Shown piece after piece: positions 61,409 through 64,000 of a stretch of DNA of 64,000 bases (positions are counted from its first letter, which is position 1; the number at the start of each line of letters is the position of its first letter). Location of the stretch: positions 93,633 to 157,632 of the forward strand of contig CAZGBJ010000001.1 in the NCBI GenBank assembly GCA_964523895.1, written 5' to 3'. The notes beneath the pieces are model-generated. The model ran no database searches. It saw only the letters and a list, made by a program, of their open reading frames with translations, and was not told the origin of the DNA. Position numbers and translations under genes: made by a program. This DNA is from an uncultured Enterobacteriaceae bacterium (GTDB taxonomy: Bacteria; Pseudomonadota; Gammaproteobacteria; Eutrophobiales; Eutrophobiaceae).

Positions 61409-63244
61409 GTGCGACTTTTAATCATTTTTCTTTTATCTCTGTCTTTATTATCTGGCTGCGGGCCTACGCGGTCGTCTAATCAACAATCTCAGGTCGATCC
61501 TGAGGAAAGTGCTCGCGTTTTAATGCAGTCTGGTGACTACTCTGCTGCTGCGCTAGAGTATTTAACTCTGGCTGAAAACGACAAAAATAACTCGGCGGTT
61601 TACCGCCTCAAAGCAGCAGCAGCCTATGTTGAAGCAGGGCAATATACTGAAGCGAATTTTATATTGAGCGAAACCACTATTCCTGAAGAAGACTCTGTAC
61701 AACAGTTGAGAATGCGTATTTTGAGTGCACGCCTTCAACTGGAATTTGGACAACCCGGCAATGCACTCAATCTACTAAATGAAATATCCGAGCTGGAAAT
61801 TCCACAAAGTCTGCAGATTACATACTACGACATACTTGCCCGAGCGTATCTGGCACACGGTGAATATATTAAAGCGGCGTCAGAACGTTTACGACTTTCA
61901 AATATTTTGAGGGCGCCAGGCGAAATAGATCAAAATAATCGTTCGCTTTGGAAAATTTTTGAGGCGATACCTGAATCTGAACTTGAAGAGTTGCGCTTTG
62001 TTGCGCCAGATGAATTAACAAGCTGGTTTGAGCTGGCATCGATTTATCAGGGCTACCGCTATCAACCTGCCAAATTAAAGAATGCGATTGATGGCTGGAT
62101 TCAACGTTATCCGGGACACCCCGCCTATTCAGTTATAACGCCGCAACTTATCAGTCAAAGTAGTGTGTTTGTTCAACGCCCTTCCAAAATTGGATTGTTG
62201 TTACCTTTATCGGGAAAGTACAAAAAGTCATCCACTGCCATACGCGATGGTTTTCTGGCCGCCTGGTATCTTGATACGCAAGAAAAATCAGAAATTAAAA
62301 TTTATGATGCGAATTCATTAAACATTATTGAAGTATACCGACAAGCTATTGAAGATGGTGTTGATTATGTTGTTGGTCCATTGGAAAAAGAAGCCGTTAA
62401 TCAATTGGCCGATTATGGTGAGCTTCCAGTGCAAGTACTCGCACTCAATCGCCAGGATTTAAAAAGCGAACAAGAACTTAATAAAAAATTAATGCAATTT
62501 GCGTTATCTCCGGAAGATGAAGCCATTCAAATTGCTGAAGCAGCAATGTCCGATGGTCATAGACTGGCATTAGTTATAACGCCAAATATCCCCTGGGGAG
62601 ATCGAATTGCAAATGCTTTTAAAACGCGTTGGTTAGAATTAGGTGGCGGCATTCTGGAGCACACTCACTTTGAAAGCAGTGCAAAGGATTTTGCAACGCC
62701 GGTTAAACAATTATTAAATATTGATAGCAGCGAACAACGTGGCAAAGATCTTCGGAGCAAACTTAATATAAAAATAAATACTGTGACGCGTCGCCGAGAA
62801 GATGCTGATTTTATTTTCAGCGCTGCTGTACCGGGTGATGCACGTCAATTGTTTCCACAGTTTCGTTTTCATCGCGCTGCTGATTTGCCTGTGTATTCAA
62901 CTTCACATGTTTTCACTGGTATTGTTGATAGCGCTAAAGATGCTGATCTGAATGGCGCGATGTTTATTGATATGCCATGGATACTGGATACATCACGACA
63001 ACTTTCAATCATTCAGGATGCGCTTAATCGAAATTGGGCACAGGAAAAATCACAATATCGTCGATTGTATGCATTGGGTATCGATGCTTATCATTTAATT
63101 CCTGAAATGGGTCGCCTCAGTCTTGAAGAAAATAGTGTTTTAAACGGTGAAACTGGTGATCTGTCTATTGGTTCTAATAATATTGTAAAGCGACAATTGC
63201 GCCGCGCTCAATTTGTCGAGGGGAAACCGAGCTTATTGAATTAG
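61409..63244 (+). CDS. lpoA: Penicillin-binding protein 1A activator LpoA (lipoprotein)
   Basis: Lipobox LLSGCG, N-terminal TPR domain and a C-terminal periplasmic-binding-protein-like domain. The rsmI/lpoA/yraN/diaA order matches E. coli and Pseudomonas. Confidence 0.85.
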   Translation: MRLLIIFLLSLSLLSGCGPTRSSNQQSQVDPEESARVLMQSGDYSAAALEYLTLAENDKNNSAVYRLKAAAAYVEAGQYTEANFILSETTIPEEDSVQQLRMRILSARLQLEFGQPGNALNLLNEISELEIPQSLQITYYDILARAYLAHGEYIKAASERLRLSNILRAPGEIDQNNRSLWKIFEAIPESELEELRFVAPDELTSWFELASIYQGYRYQPAKLKNAIDGWIQRYPGHPAYSVITPQLISQSSVFVQRPSKIGLLLPLSGKYKKSSTAIRDGFLAAWYLDTQEKSEIKIYDANSLNIIEVYRQAIEDGVDYVVGPLEKEAVNQLADYGELPVQVLALNRQDLKSEQELNKKLMQFALSPEDEAIQIAEAAMSDGHRLALVITPNIPWGDRIANAFKTRWLELGGGILEHTHFESSAKDFATPVKQLLNIDSSEQRGKDLRSKLNIKINTVTRRREDADFIFSAAVPGDARQLFPQFRFHRAADLPVYSTSHVFTGIVDSAKDADLNGAMFIDMPWILDTSRQLSIIQDALNRNWAQEKSQYRRLYALGIDAYHLIPEMGRLSLEENSVLNGETGDLSIGSNNIVKRQLRRAQFVEGKPSLLN

Positions 63245-63250
63245 ATCTTC

Positions 63251-63646
63251 ATGTCTCAGGAATTATCAAGGATGATAAAAAATACTAAAACGAGAAACCA
63301 TTCCGGCAAACAGGCAGAAGAGTTCGCTGCAAAATATCTTGCTAAACAAAATGTAAAAATAATTACTCGAAATTTTCACTGTCGATTTGGTGAAATCGAT
63401 CTCATTGGACTCGATCAGGAAATATTGCTTTTTGTTGAAGTTCGCTATCGAAAAAACGAGAGTTATTTAGCCGCTGTTGAAACCATTGATCGACATAAAT
63501 GTAAAAAAATTGTGACAACTAGCAAATACTATTTGAACAAACAGAGAAACTATCAATCTTACTTTTGTCGGTATGATGTTATTACCCTAACCGGAGAGCT
63601 TGATAGACCTGTAATCGAGTGGATTAAAAATGCATTTCAGGCATAA
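63251..63646 (+). CDS. yraN: YraN (UPF0102) endonuclease-like protein
   Basis: GEIDLIG...VEVRYR motif of the UPF0102 family. Confidence 0.8.
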   Translation: MSQELSRMIKNTKTRNHSGKQAEEFAAKYLAKQNVKIITRNFHCRFGEIDLIGLDQEILLFVEVRYRKNESYLAAVETIDRHKCKKIVTTSKYYLNKQRNYQSYFCRYDVITLTGELDRPVIEWIKNAFQA

Positions 63647-63672
63647 TATCGGCAGTTTTTTTATGGTATTAA

Positions 63673-64000
<328 letters not shown>

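Overview
Low-GC (by eye roughly 38-40%) gammaproteobacterial chromosomal segment whose gene order resembles Pseudomonas and Legionella; species not assigned. Core content: purM; trmJ divergent from suhB; two tandem type IVa pilin genes convergent with pilS-pilR; sucCD; nadE; bamD divergent from rluD-pgeF; a glutamate dehydrogenase; clpB; the pilB-pilC-pilD-coaE-zapD-yacG block; a mutT/thiE-like fusion; argJ; secA; and a complete dcw cell-wall/division cluster (mraZ through ftsZ, lpxC) with murB inserted between murC and ddl. Downstream of it lie the RNase P RNA gene (rnpB) on the minus strand, a higB-higA toxin-antitoxin pair, rsgA, rsmI, lpoA, yraN and the 5' end of diaA/gmhA. The most unusual element is an AT-rich five-gene minus-strand operon (4898-10518) wedged between suhB and the pilin locus. 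It encodes a VTC (polyphosphate-polymerase-like) domain protein, a DUF4956 membrane protein, a 354-aa membrane-anchored orphan, a 900-aa exported CotH-kinase-family protein with a C-terminal right-handed beta-helix, and a 156-aa orphan. This VTC/DUF4956/CotH triad is a conserved but functionally uncharacterised module. Other things worth a second look: a 19-bp perfect inverted repeat that sequesters the murE RBS between ftsI and murE; tandem pilin paralogs where only the first has a sigma-54 promoter with palindromic upstream sites; an rsgA whose conserved N-terminus lacks any canonical start codon (frameshift in a T5 run or non-AUG start); an MraZ-box of three GTGGG repeats; and a nested hairpin over the pilB start. 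No CRISPR arrays, tRNAs or transposases were seen.
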